From positions 2,914,001-2,978,000 of the forward strand of contig CATNEN010000024.1 of the NCBI GenBank assembly GCA_950097015.1: a stretch of DNA of 64,000 nt, read 5' to 3'. Each line of letters starts with the position of its first letter. Position 1 is the first letter of the stretch. The stretch comes from Macrostomum hystrix. Taxonomy: Eukaryota; Animalia; Platyhelminthes. A model generated the notes under the pieces. That model made no database searches. It saw nothing but the letters and a program-made list of their open reading frames with translations, and was not told the origin of the DNA. The position numbers and the translations under genes were made by a program. Below are positions 13,552-27,045 of the stretch, piece by piece.

Positions 13552-14923
13552 TCACAGCATCCGCCTAGTGGACGCTGGTGATGCCAGAGCAATGCGAACG
13601 GAAGCCGCCTTGGACGAGCAGGTGCAGACTGCGGCCTCCTCGGCGCCCGCGTTCGCCAGCACCAGGGCAGTCGACGGCCGCTCGCCCATTGGGATCCACT
13701 CCTCGTCCGTGCCTACCAATAATCGATCAGCCGCTTCCACTTCATCAGCGCTGTTAGCGACAGAGGGTCGCGACCCGATGCCACGATGGCGAAACTGTCT
13801 AGGTGCATCTGCATCGTTGTTGCAGTCATCCTCGGCCAGGATGTCATCGTTGTCGCGGCCCAGAAGTGCTAACGCGAAGAGTGTACAGCCGGCGGGCACC
13901 TTTTGAAAATAAAGAAAGGATTGAGAAACACTCGCTATGTACGAGTATCATTTCGCTTCATCTACCAAACTTAAAAGCAGCAATGGTGTGCAATAATCAG
14001 GCCTTTTCAATTCTGTCACCGTGGTTGTAAACCTGGCAACGCAGCACTTAGACCAAGTAGGAAATGTCAAAGACAGTGTACCAAAAGTTTGCGCAGACTA
14101 TGGGTTTTGTCGTTTCTAACCTTTGCTAATCTTTGAAATTCTAATACTTGGAGACGTTAAATTGCAGTGCAGTCAGCAACAATCACAACAATCACCTGCC
14201 CAGTAAATAAACGGGCTGTTGAAATCGTTGAATGTGTGAGAATTTAATCAAAGATCAGAATCGCTGGCTGAGGTATGATCGCCTCCGAAATGAGGCCTCA
14301 ACAAACCACAGAATCAGGGAGCTGTAGCGATTAGAGAGTTGCCAATATTATGGACTCTTCACCTGCACAGCTTGAGCGCAAAGTCCCAGTGCCAACAGTG
14401 CTGTCCGTCTGTCGATGCCACTGCAACGCTCCGCGAGACCTGCATCGCCGCCGGCGCCCCCGCTGCCACTGGCCGCAGCAAGCTTTCGAAGGTCGGCCTC
14501 GAGGGCGAGCCCGACTGCCGAGACACCGGCCGCCATCACAGCCAACAGGGCGGCCAGCAGTCCGAGAACTCCAGTCAGTGCGGAGGCGCTGCACGCCGAT
14601 CCCGCTTCGTAGTCGTCACCAACCTCGCTTTGTTTGACTTCAAAGTTTTCCTCACCGCTACCACCGACGCCTGTACCGCGGTTGCCGCAGCGGCGTTTCC
14701 GAAATCTTTGAACTCCCAACGCCAGGATGCCGCAGGCGGCCTGAAATGCGCCGGTCCAAGCGCCGACTGCCAGGAAGTCGGCGAAACAGCCGTCGAAGCG
14801 ACAGGCCAGGGCGGCTGCTAGGGAACAGCAGCCGGCACCCAGCTGGGCGACCGCCGCCGCCCGCGCCACCTTCTCGCGACGGCGTTGCTGGCGCTGCGCT
14901 TGTCGGTGAATTCGCCGGCTCAT
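13552..14923 (-). CDS. Four-transmembrane MS4A/CD20-like membrane protein (~302 aa, 2 exons)
   Basis: Exons are 14923-14363 and 13899-13552 (CAG|GTGAAG ... AAAAG|GTG, phase 0). Four hydrophobic segments are present, the second containing GAWTGAFQAACGILALG, which resembles the CD20-family G-x-W-x-G motif. It has a basic N-tail and an acidic C-tail. The family assignment is by pattern only. Confidence 0.6.
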
Positions 14924-16774
14924 GACTGAAGTAGAGGTTTGTGGTTCAGAGCTGAGACAACAGTTGTGATGCAGACGCCATGGGCAGTTTTTGCTGAACT
15001 TATACGACACTTGGCCTTAAAACGTATTTTAAGGCTTGCGCCTCCGATCATTGGCAGCCAACCAAAGTGCTGCTTGTATGCCGCTCGGCTATTGGGTCTT
15101 TGATCATAGAAAAATCACTATGCCCAATGTGCACTACTTTGAGTAGAGTGAGCTCAAATATATCGTTTTGGCTCATTAAGACCGTCGATACCTGTAGTAT
15201 GGAAGATGGAATTGTCTGCATTGTCTATGATATAGCTCGTATAGCTCGTATTTCTGTTAAAAAATGTTTCTCAAAAATCGAAAATCGCATTCTGACCATA
15301 CAGTATAGAAACCGGACTAAAGTTTGTGTATAAGCTTTGTTGGTAAGCTTCGCTGCTCTGCTCTTTCCCTCAGTATTTTTTGTTCGCTGTACTCTCGCCC
15401 GCCCGCACGTCTCTCTGTCTCTACCCCTCTCTTGATTTTCTACAAATTGCCGGGATCGTGAATGACTCTATCTGAGGTGGTCGGTCTCTCTGGCCTATGC
15501 AGTGAGCGATTATGTATGTTCGGGGTGACTGCGGAATGCCTGCACCACAACCGCGGCAACGGCAGCGGCAGCAGCAGCAGCGATCGCGTTGTGTTTGCAA
15601 CTCCCCAATATTCTGACCGCTTCACTGCCTCTGAAGACACTGCCTGATACTGCCGTGTGCCCTTACACAGAAAGGGCCACTTACAGTTCCTCTGTGTGCC
15701 TCCTCTCTCTCTCTCTTGCTTTTCCGCTAAGCCTATCTCTGTGCAGCTCTGCTTGCGAGAATCCCGGCAGCATTCGAGGGATCAAACTCCTCACTTTTCT
15801 CCGCACTTTCCCATGCCACTGCTGATCCTCACTGACAAAAAATAAGACCAGCTCCTGCTCCGTCCTCCTCACCTCGCTTCCTGCTCCTGCGAACCCCGGA
15901 GGGCCGGAGTGGACAGCGGCATCCCCGCAAAGTTCACCTTTCTCCTCTAGTTTTAGCAGACAGATAAGCCATCACAAAATGCTTCTCTTGTTGTTTAAGC
16001 GGACGTTACTGGCCAGTGAGCTCTGCTCACAGCGAACCTCATTACTGGTGAGCCAGACTGTCTTACATGTGCTCAACTGTGGCCACTTGCCTTCAGATTA
16101 TTCTAAACCAAGGCAAATCTAGGAGCTAAAAATAGTAAAATAGTTGCAGAATGTTTCGGCCCTATTCGACATTGCAGAGAAAGTACTGATGCTGAATGCG
16201 GACTCACTCTTTGCTTTCTTTCGTGCGTAAGTAGCTATTTGCACCCAATAACTGGGCGCTGGTGTGATGCACTTAAATTAATCTAGACATTGCTCCATTG
16301 TCCAATTGCGCAACGCTGATTTTAATGAGCAAAACTCCATGAATATTTAATTAGTTCGGCGTGGTACGCGCTGGGGTGGCTTCGTGAAATATGACTTGCA
16401 TGCGTGCCGAATTTGATCGAGTCTTAGCTTTCTCTGCCCTCCTCTCGCCAGCTCAACCTGCCCGAACACCTGAGCAAATATTATAAAAAGTGCCGCCACT
16501 GGGCAGGCTGGCTTGAAGCAATGCATTTCTTATTGTAGCACAGCACGCCTCATGTTCTGCACTATTTCAATAAGATTTAAAAAAATTGCACTTTAAAGAA
16601 CAACAAGAAATCGAGAGCAGCTCATCTTGACTGTGATCGCCAGCATTATTTCAAGTCCGTAAGTTTGAACTGTACTTGTTCTGATTCATCAGCGAATTTC
16701 AAATAGACAGTATAGATTCAAATTTAATGTGGTCAGAGAGTTTTCGAAATTAAATAAAACTTAGACACCGACTG

Positions 16775-17125
16775 AAAGTCAGTGACAGAACGGTTAACGC
16801 GTTTGCCTTTCGCGCCAAGGTCCCTGAGCTCGATTCCGCGGCGAGGCCACATTTATTTGGGGCGCAGCAGCGGAGAGAAGGCTTGGGGGCTTGTCGTGCA
16901 ATTTACGCCTTCGATAACCAACCTCCAAGGCTCAGTGAAAGTGCAAACTGCCAGACGATGAGAAAGTCAGGGCAGATGTACACACCTGTGTGAGCGTATG
17001 CCTACTATATCTGTGTGCGTGTGTGCTCGGGTGTCTGCGAAATGGGCAGAATTGCCTCTTCACTGGCTGCGGGTCTAGTGTGACCAAATGATGTGCCATT
17101 ATTGCCCACAGCCCTCCTTCACCTT
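16775..17125 (+). mobile_element. tRNA-derived SINE, family A
   Basis: Has a tRNA-like head with B-box-like GCTCGATTCC, a conserved body (GGAGAGAAGGCTTGGGGGCTTGTCGTGCAATTTACGCC..GATGAGAAAGTCAGGGC) and an AT-rich tail. At least 8 copies occur in the window. Confidence 0.85.
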
Positions 17126-17852
17126 TCATTCATCATTTCAATATAACTAGTATGTTAAGAGATCAACTTAATACTGTAAAAGAAGTATTAAAATGCAATA
17201 AAATTTTACCCCAAGTAAAACTCACTTTGATCTTATCAGGCTAGCTCTTTTATTGCTTTTTGTTATCGCAGCACTTTGAGAACGGACTGCATTCCCATTT
17301 GTGGCAGAAGAGCCGCATTATGAGACAAACAAGGTGCGAAGTGAGCTTTTCTCTCTCCAAGAAGCTAGCTCTCTGTTGATTAGGGAAATAATCTAGCACA
17401 GATATAAAAAAATTAAATACTCAAAATGATTCCAGTACGTTTTTTGAGGACTTAGCAACACTAGCTATTCGAGAAGTAGTGGGAAAATATACTTTTCCCT
17501 TTTCTAATCTCCGGCTTCCTATAGATCCCATGTTTGCTGCCATGGCCACTTCCCATCAATTTCTTCCCTGATTTCCTCTGCAGACGCAGGCGGGGTCTGT
17601 ACGGTTTCGTATGTGTGAAGGCAGGGTGCCATGCTGCTATTGGCGGCCTGACCGAGACCATGGGGAGAATTATCCCACCCAGCCACTGACGCGGATGCGC
17701 AGCTTATTAACGCTTTTCCCACAGCTTTGCCCATCCCATCCGGACCATGGTGGACCAGCCTTTCGCTGCGCCCTCATTGCGACTTCCCTGTTATCTTGTC
17801 GTTAGCGCTTCGTAGAGGAGGATCAGTGGACCAAGAACCTACTTAACGCAAT

Positions 17853-19830
17853 GAAGTCGTGAGTGTTTCAACGGGTTTGCAATCTTTCAATTGTGGTTGC
17901 TGAGTGAAGTCTCGAGTGTTTGAGTGGGTTTAACTGCTGTGTGGTTGTTGAGCGAAGTCTCGAGTGTTTTAGTGGGCTCAACTACTGTGTGGTTGTTGAG
18001 CGAAGTCGTGAGTGTTTCAACGGGTTTGCAATCTTTCAATTGTGGTTGCTGAGTGAAGTCTCGAGTGTTTGAGTGGGTTTAACTGCTGTGTGGTTGTTGA
18101 GCGAAGTCTCGAGTGTTTTAGTGGGCTCAACTACTGTGTGGTTGTTGAGCGAAGTCGTGAGTGTTTCAACGGGTTTGCAATCTTTCAATTGTGGTTGCTG
18201 AGTGAAGTCTCGAGTGTTTGAGTGGGTTTAACTGCTGTGTGGTTGTTGAGCGAAGTCTCGAGTGTTTTAGTGGGTTTAACTACTGTGTGGTTGTTGAGCG
18301 AAGTCGTGAGTGTTTCAACGGGTTTGCAATCTTTCAATTGTGGTTGCTGAGTGAAGTCTCGAGTGTTTGAGTGGGTTTAACTGCTGTGTGGTTGTTGAGT
18401 GAAGTCTCGAGTGTTTTAGTGGGCTCAACTACTGTGTGGTTGTTGAGTGAAGCAGCGAGTGTTTTAGTGGGCTCAACTACTGTGTGGTTGTTGAGTGAAG
18501 TCGTGAGTGTTTCAACGGGTTTGCAATCTTTCAATTGTGGTTGCTGAGTGAAGTCTCGAGTGTTTGAGTGGGTTTAACTGCTGTGTGGTTGTTGAGCGAA
18601 GTCTCGAGTGTTTTAGTGGGCTCAACTACTGTGTGGTTGTTGAGTGAAGTCGCGAGTGTTTTAGTGGGTTTAACTACTGTGTGGTTGTTGAGCGAAGTCG
18701 TGAGTGTTTCAACGGGTTTGCAATCTTTCAATTGTGGTTGCTGAGTGAAGTCTCGAGTGTTTGAGTGGGTTTAACTGCTGTGTGGTTGTTGAGTGAAGTC
18801 TCGAGTGTTTGAGTGGGTTTAACTGCTGTGTGGTTGTTGAGCGAAGTCTCGAGTGTTTTAGTGGGCTCAACTACTGTGTGGTTGTTGAGCGAAGTCTCGA
18901 GTGTTTTAGTGGGCTCAACTACTGTGTGGTTGTTGAGTGAAGTCTCGAGTGTTTGAGTGGGCTCAACTACTGTGTGGTTGTTGAGCGAAGTCGCGAGTGT
19001 TTTAGTGGGCTCAACTACTGTGTGGTTGTTGAGCGAAGTCGCGAGTGTTTTAGTGGGTTTAACTACTGTGTGGTTGTTGAGCGAAGTCGCGAGTGTTTGA
19101 GTGGGCTCAACTACTGTGTGGTTGTTGAGCGAAGTCGCGAGTGTTTTAGTGGGCTCAACTACTGTGTGGTTGTTGAGCGAAGTCGCGAGTGTTTTAGTGG
19201 GTTTAACTACTGTGTGGTTGTTGAGCGAAGTCGCGAGTGTTTGAGTGGGCTCAACTACTGTGTGGTTGTTGAGCGAAGTCTCGAGTGTTTTAGTGGGCTC
19301 AACTACTGTGTGGTTGTTGAGTGAAGTCTCGAGTGTTTGAGTGGGCTCAACTACTGTGTGGTTGTTGAGCGAAGTCGCGAGTGTTTTAGTGGGCTCAACT
19401 ACTGTGTGGTTGTTGAGCGAAGTCGCGAGTGTTTTAGTGGGTTTAACTACTGTGTGGTTGTTGAGCGAAGTCGCGAGTGTTTGAGTGGGCTCAACTACTG
19501 TGTGGTTGTTGAGCGAAGTCGCGAGTGTTTTAGTGGGTTTAACTACTGTGTGGTTGTTGAGCGAAGTCGCGAGTGTTTGAGTGGGCTCAACTACTGTGTG
19601 GTTGTTGAGCGAAGTCTCGAGTGTTTTAGTGGGCTCAACTACTGTGTGGTTGTTGAGCGAAGTCGCGAGTGTTTTAGTGGGCTCAACTACTGTGTGGTTG
19701 TTGAGCGAAGTCGCGAGTGTTTTAGTGGGTTTAACTACTGTGTGGTTGTTGAGCGAAGTCGCGAGTGTTTTAGTGGGCTCAACTACTGTGTGGTTGTTGA
19801 GTGAAGTCGCCAGTGTTTTAGTGGGCTCAA
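17853..19830. repeat. Minisatellite, 48-bp unit GAGCGAAGTCGCGAGTGTTTTAGTGGGCTCAACTACTGTGTGGTTGTT, with a ~149-bp higher-order trimer in the left half
   Basis: The variant monomer GAAGTCGTGAGTGTTTCAACGGG recurs at ~17853, 18002, 18151 and 18300. Confidence 0.96.
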
Positions 19831-21639
19831 CGCCTGTGTGTTTATGTCGTAAACAAACTTTGAGGATGTGATCTTTTTATTCTCTGCTTGCTTATCTAGT
19901 AGAACTTTTGAGTATATTCTCGTGCAGATCAAGTGCATTCTACTAGTGGTACTCGAGACAAGGGCCGAAGTAAAGCAATGGTGATATCCTTAAAATCTTA
20001 TGATCGGTCAAAAAGTTGTGCATGTAATACAAAGCAGGCTGTTAAATACACGAGTACATGCATGGTGCAAGCTGCAACAATAGGAATTGGTAAAACCTAA
20101 GCAAGGTAGGAATGGCCTTTGTCAGACGTCTTGTCTAACGCTGTCTCGACTCGTTGTCTAACGCCTTCTAATCAGCGGCTTAAACTTCAGAGCATTCAGG
20201 TTGGGGGGCAGAGAGAGAGAAAGAGAAGGCCTGCTCCCAATGGGGTCAGGAAATTGTCATTGTGCCACCCGATATCTGGCCGGCAAACAACTCAATTTCA
20301 AATCAGCCAGGGACACAGACAGTACATTGGTGTGGCTACCGGTTAGTACCTTGGCACTGGTTTAGACTTCGCAAGGCGAGTCTCACCCTACCTTAGCTTT
20401 GGCGCGAAATCCCAGTCTTCACTCAATTCCACAGGGCTTTCAAAGACCTCCCACAGCCTTATATTATTGATCCCTCTCCAAAGACCCGGCGTCCTCCCCT
20501 GTTGGAGTCGGCTCCAGCTCACTCCGGCTGCGAAATCCACTTTTTAGCCAGAGCTCTAGGCCTCTCATTCCTGTTCTTGTTTGTTGGCCGTGCCTCTCTG
20601 CCGGCGGAAGAATTATATTGAATTAATTATTCAGCGGTTCCTTACCTTGGCCCTGCGCTCGAAGACGCTTAACTAACAGCTAGCAACCACTTGACCGATG
20701 AAAGAGAGAGCTCGAGCCAGCTGAAGCGTAAGTTGAGCGACAGTGCGATGCGAACTTAGGTACAGTCATTGGTTCGCGTCTAGGCCAAATATTTGTGAAG
20801 CTCCTAAGCTATGCAAGAAAAACACCCGCAGGCTTATCTGTGTTTGCAGCTTTATTCCTTTTATAGCTTTGTTTGCCTAACTTCCTCGAAACGGATCGTG
20901 ATCCGAAAATAAGAGCCTCTAGCTGCTACACGAGAGTATAGTGTCCATACACCCACAGAAACTGAGGAGCAAACGTTATTTTATCCCTTAGAATACATTT
21001 TTTAATCAGCAAAGTCAAAAGCAATTTTAAACTAGGCAAACAGAATGTGTTAGCACTTGGATTTTTTCCTTAGCTTCATGGAAGGAATCAGAGAGAAATC
21101 GATTGCTAACTCGGTTCTATACCTGGGAATGCTTCTTCCAGTTTGCATCTCGCTAGATCCAATTTCAAATACCTGGACGTGCACGAACTGGTCTGTGGAA
21201 CACCTACCGTATTCTGTCCTGCATCCGTTGGCCACTTTTCTTCCTTGTTGCCCGGAGAACCAAAAAGCAGCCTCCTTTGTGGGGCCTCATTTGTCATGCC
21301 TCCGCTGCGAGTCAGAGGTTAAGGATGGAGAGGGAGAGGAGGGAAAGCTACAATGGCATGCCCCCTCCCTCCGCGCCACTGCACTGAACGCTAGGCTAAA
21401 AACGCACAAACAGCCGAGGTAGTTATTAATTATGATTATTTTTGGCAAATAGTTCACTTGGACAGCAACAGAGAACACCGTCAACTGACTGTAGATTAAG
21501 CTGTAAAAATGCCATTGAAGCCTAAGGAGACAGAACCTTCGATGAAAGTCCTAGACAATAGGTGAGAAAGACAGTGGCCACGGGTGAGAAAGACAGTGGC
21601 CACGGGTGAGAAAGACAGTGGCCACGGGTGAGAAAGACA

Positions 21640-22330
21640 AACGAGGGGAGAGAAAGACAATCGAGGGGAGAGAAAGACAATCGAGGGGAGAGAAAGACAA
21701 TCGAGGGGAGAGAAAGACAATCGAGGGGAGAGAAAGACAATCGAGGGGAGAGAAAGACAATCGAGGGGAGAGAAAGACAATCGAGGGGAGAGAAAGACAA
21801 TCGAGGGGAGAGAAAGACGATCGAGGGGAGAGAAAGGCGATCGAGGGGAGAGAAAGACAATCGAGGTGAGAGAGACTGACGATCGAGGGGAGAGAAAGAC
21901 AATCGAGGGGAGAGAAAGACGATCGAGGGGAGAGAAAGACAATCGAGGGGAGAGAAAGACAATCGAGGGGAGAGAAAGACGATCGAGGGGAGAGAAAGAC
22001 GATCGAGGGGAGAGAAAGACGATCGAGGGGAGAGAAAGACGATCGAGGGAAGAGAAAGGCGATCGAGGGGAGAGAAAGGCGATCGAGGGGAGAGAAAGGC
22101 GATCGAGGGGAGAGAAAGGCGATCGAGGGGAGAGAAAGACGATCGAGGGAAGAGAAAGACAATCGAGGGGAGAGAAAGACAATCGAGGGGAGAGAAAGAC
22201 GATCGAGGGGAGAGAAAGGCGATCGAGGGGAGAGAAAGACGATCGAGGGGAGAGAAAGACAATCGAGGGGAGAGAAAGACGATCGAGGGGAGAGAAAGGC
22301 GATCGTGGGGAGGAGAGAAAGACAAAGAGG
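21640..22330. repeat. Purine-rich minisatellite, 20-bp unit GATCGAGGGGAGAGAAAGAC
   Basis: Directly visible array. Confidence 0.96.
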
Positions 22331-24559
22331 GAAGAGAAAGACAAATTTGTAGAGACAGATAAAGCGGACAGAGAAAGGACAAACATGCTGAGTCTTCCTT
22401 TCCCTTAAGAAAGAAAAAGTCAGAAAAATAGATGATAGGGAAAGAAGGAGGCTGAACAGAATGGGAGCAAAAAACGCGCGAATTCTTGGAGAAACTGTAA
22501 GGGCCTGTCAGCGCTTGAAGTATTTTTAGTGCCACTGGGGAGTGCTAAAGCATACATCCAGAAGCAGCGTGCCCCAAGTCCGCAAGAGGCCATCAGATAT
22601 GCAAATGACCTGTGTCAATACTTTCAGCCTAGCTGTGCTCATTCATTTCTTTCAGCCGTCAAACGAGAAAGGGAAAATGTGAATAGTTTTGGGATTTGAG
22701 GTAAAAATGGTAAGTCAGTAAATGAGGACTGGCAAGGTAGGGCAGGTAGGTCCCTCCTGACCCCAAATTTTCCCTCGCTTCCTGCGGCTTTCTGGTTCTG
22801 AGAGTGGACGGGTTGGGGCAAATAGGACGGGAAAAGAGTGCACTTTACTCCCCTCATCCACCTACGGTTCCGATCAAAGAATCCACGATTTTCTAGTATT
22901 TTTTGCCGCTGCAAGTTTTTCTAGTTGGAAGGAAGTTGTGATATGCGAGCATACGAGCCTCTGAAAATGAAGAACATAGTTGTCTTAACTTAATTCTTAA
23001 CTTTCATGCTTCATGTCATTTAAGGTTGAGAATTCGAAAGTGCTCTAAATACGATCGAATAATTCTTTTTTAAGGTTTGGTGATTCTCATTGTGTAGGCA
23101 TCGGAGTGTGGTTCTCATTGTGTGTTGGAGTGAGACTCTCAGACTGTTGGAGTGAGATTCTCAATGTGCCAGAGTGAGATTCTCAATGTGTCAGAGTGAG
23201 ATTCTCAAGCTGTTGCTGTAGTTGTTGGAGTTAGCACTCATTTTGCTTGTCCAGAAAGGTTTGAGAATGAATCCGGAACAGTATCTGAGCACCCAGCAAA
23301 GGCGATGCCAGACGTCAAATGTTTGCTCTCTGCCAGTTTGTGAATGGCGAAGGAATAGAAGCATAGATAGATGGACTGAGTGCAGGACGCAGCAGGGCTA
23401 TGGGAATATGATGGCCAGCCTCCTCATTCTATCCCCCATCCCAGGCTCTGACGCATATTCGTATGACGCGGATCCGGGAATTCCCGCATGGCATGAGAAC
23501 CAGCTTCCCCCCACCCAATGGCCCTTATCGCGTGGGCCAAGCGCGCCACCCCCTCCGCCAAAGCGAACTAAGGACCTGCCCATCGCCCCAGTCTGTAAGC
23601 ATTTTCTGGCCGCATGGAGGACGGATGAACCGCGGATGATCGGCGCCTGGATGAGGCCTTCGATGGGTGGGGCTGACACTTCGTCAATCTCTTGACTGCG
23701 GCCTGGCCAGTAACCACGGCCAAGACCCACGAAATTGAGTCCGACTCTAGAGCAATCCCAGTCAGTCTATTTTAAACAGTGTTTGCTTACTCGTTTCGCA
23801 TTCTGGCAGCAGAGAATAATGCACAAAACACAAACACATACCCTTCCACTCTATCATAGTCTCGGGTTCGGCTTCTCAACACAAGGCTACGAGAATGCAG
23901 TAATGCAGTCCACGAGACTGCTGTAAGAGCTCTGGGGTTGGCCAGCGCAAACTCCTCCTCAGGCCGTGGCCGCCCCACCCCAAGTCCAGATCGGCGCAGC
24001 TTAAATCCATTTTTTAGTTGGCTTGTAATCGCTGTGGGTGGAAAAATACCGAGCAGGCACGTTTGATTTTTCAACCACTCGCTGGTGTCTTACGCTGCCA
24101 AGGCTTCCACAGAATGGCTACTCCAGTTGAGCACTTGGCTGCGTAACTTAATCAGCGGTTGGACTTCATCATTATCATCAAAAGCATCAGCAGCTGCAGC
24201 AGCTATGTCAAACGACAGAAAGAAGGAGCGTTGGTCGTTTCTGTCGTCAGTGTCTGGCAGATCTAAGTGAGATTTCTCATCTAGAAGGAGCTCTAGCAAT
24301 TGTTGTCAATTTCAGTTGTCAACTACGTATTGTCTGTTAGGTTAGGCTTACATGTGCTTCAAAGCTTTCAGAGAAGGAGAAAGTAGGGTGCATGTTGTGC
24401 ATAAAACTTCGCGCCTTCCTAATATACTAAGTCTCTCATTTTTGCTGTCTGTTTGCCCGTTGAGTAAACAAAAAAATAGAAACGTGCCAATGGATAGACA
24501 TAGTCATAGAAGCCCAGGAACTATCATACCCGATAGCAATGCTACAACTCATAAATACA

Positions 24560-27035
24560 ACACCCACTCTCACAGCTACAACTCACACACTCTCACACCT
24601 ACAACACACCCATTCTCACAGCTACAACTCACCCACTCTCACACCTACAACTCACCCACTCTCACACCTACAACACACCCACTCTCACACCTACAACACA
24701 CCCACTCTCACACCTACAACACACCCACTCTCACACCTACAACACACCCACTCTCACACCTACAACTCACACACTCTCACACCTACAACACACCCACTCT
24801 CACACCTACAACACACCCACTCTCACACCTACAACACACCCACTCTCACAGCTACAACTCACACACTCTCACACCTACAACACACCCACTCTCACACCTA
24901 CAACTCACCCACTCTCACACCTACAACACACCCACTCTCACACCTACAACACACCCACTCTCACACCTACAACACACCCACTCTCACACCTACAACACAC
25001 ACACTCTCACACCTACAACACACACACTCTCACACCTACAACACACCCACTCTCACACCTACAACACACCCACTCTCACACCTACAACACACCCACTCTC
25101 ACACCTACAACACACCCACTCTCACACCTACAACACACCCACTCTCACAGCTACAACTCACACACTCTCACACCTACAACACACCCACTCTCACACCTAC
25201 AACACACCCACTCTCACACCTACAACACACCCACTCTCACACCTACAACACACCCACTCTCACACCTACAACACACACACTCTCACACCTACAACACACC
25301 CACTCTCACACCTACAACACACCCACTCTCACACCTACAACACACCCACTCTCACACCAACAACACACCCACTCTCACACCTACAACACACCCACTCTCA
25401 CAGCTACAACTCACACACTCTCACACCTACAACACACCCACTCTCACACCTACAACACACCCACTCTCACACCTACAACACACCCACTCTCACACCTACA
25501 ACACACCCACTCTCACACCTACAACACACCCACTCTCACACCTACAACACACCCACTTTCACACCTACAACACACCCACTCTCACACCTACAACACACCC
25601 ACTCTCACACCTACAACACACCCACTCTCACACCTACAACACACACACTCTCACAGCTACAACTCACACACTCTCACACCTACAACACACCCACTCTCAC
25701 ACCTACAACACACCCACTCTCACACCTACAACTCACACACTCTCACACCTACAACTCACCCACTCTCACACCTACAACTCACACACTCTCACACCTACAA
25801 CACACACACTCTCACACCTACAACACACCCACTCTCACACCTACAACACACACACTCTCACACCTACAACACACCCACTCTCACACCTACAACACACCCA
25901 CTCTCACAGCTACAACTCACACACTCTCACACCTACAACACACCCACTCTCACACCTACAACTCACCCACTCTCACACCTACAACTCACACACTCTCACA
26001 GCTACAACACACACACTCTCACACCTACAACTCACACACTCTCACACCTACAACACACCCACTCTCACACCTACAACACACCCACTCTCACACCTACAAC
26101 ACACCCACTCTCACACCTACAACACACCCACTCTCACACCTACAACTCACACACTCTCACACCTACAACTCACCCACTCTCACACCTACAACCTACACTC
26201 TCACACCTACAACTCACACACTCTCACACCTACAACACACCCACTCTCACACCTACAACACACACACTCTCACAGCTACAACTCACACACTCTCACACCT
26301 ACAACACACCCACTCTCACACCTACAACACACCCACTCTCACACCTACAACACACCCACTCTCACACCAACAACACACCCACTCTCACACCTACAACTCA
26401 CACACTCTCACACCTACAACACACACACTCTCACACCTACAACTCACCCACTCTCACACCTACAACTCACACACTCTCACAGCTACAACACACACACTCT
26501 CACACCTACAACTCACCCACTCTCACACCTACAACTCACACACTCTCACACCTACAACACACACACTCTCACACCTACAACACACCCACTCTCACACCTA
26601 CAACACACCCACTCTCACACCTACAACACACCCACTCTCACACCTACAACTCACCCACTCTCACAGCTACAACTCACACACTCTCACACCTACAACACAC
26701 CCACTCTCACACCTACAACACACCCACTCTCACACCTACAACACACACACTCTCACAGCTACAACACACCCACTCTCACACCTACAACACACCCACTCTC
26801 ACACCTACAACACACCCACTCTCACACCTACAACACACCCACTCTCACACCTACAACACACCCACTCTCACACCTACAACACACCCACTCTCACACCTAC
26901 AACTCACACACTCTCACACCTACAACTCACCCACTCTCACACCTACAACCTACACTCTCACACCTACAACTCACACACTCTCACACCTACAACTCACCCA
27001 CTCTCACAGTTACAACACACCTACTCTCACACCGC
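24560..27035. repeat. Minisatellite, 23-bp unit CTCTCACACCTACAACACACCCA, ending ~10 bp upstream of the PKG exon 1a ATG
   Basis: About 2.5 kb array; it explains the 985-aa and 842-aa His/Thr-rich ORFs. Confidence 0.97.
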
Positions 27036-27045
27036 CACTACCAGA

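Noticed and set aside
15440-15960. Short ORFs in a CT/CpG-rich stretch
   Set aside because: More consistent with a promoter or 5' UTR region next to the MS4A-like gene; there is no coding evidence.
21496-22535. Arg/Glu-rich and Leu/Ser/Pro-rich ORFs
   Set aside because: 20-bp minisatellite open in several frames on both strands.
24352-27045. 985-aa and 842-aa His/Thr-rich ORFs as an extended PKG N-terminus
   Set aside because: They are produced by the 23-bp tandem repeat. PKG homology starts at the Met at 27046.
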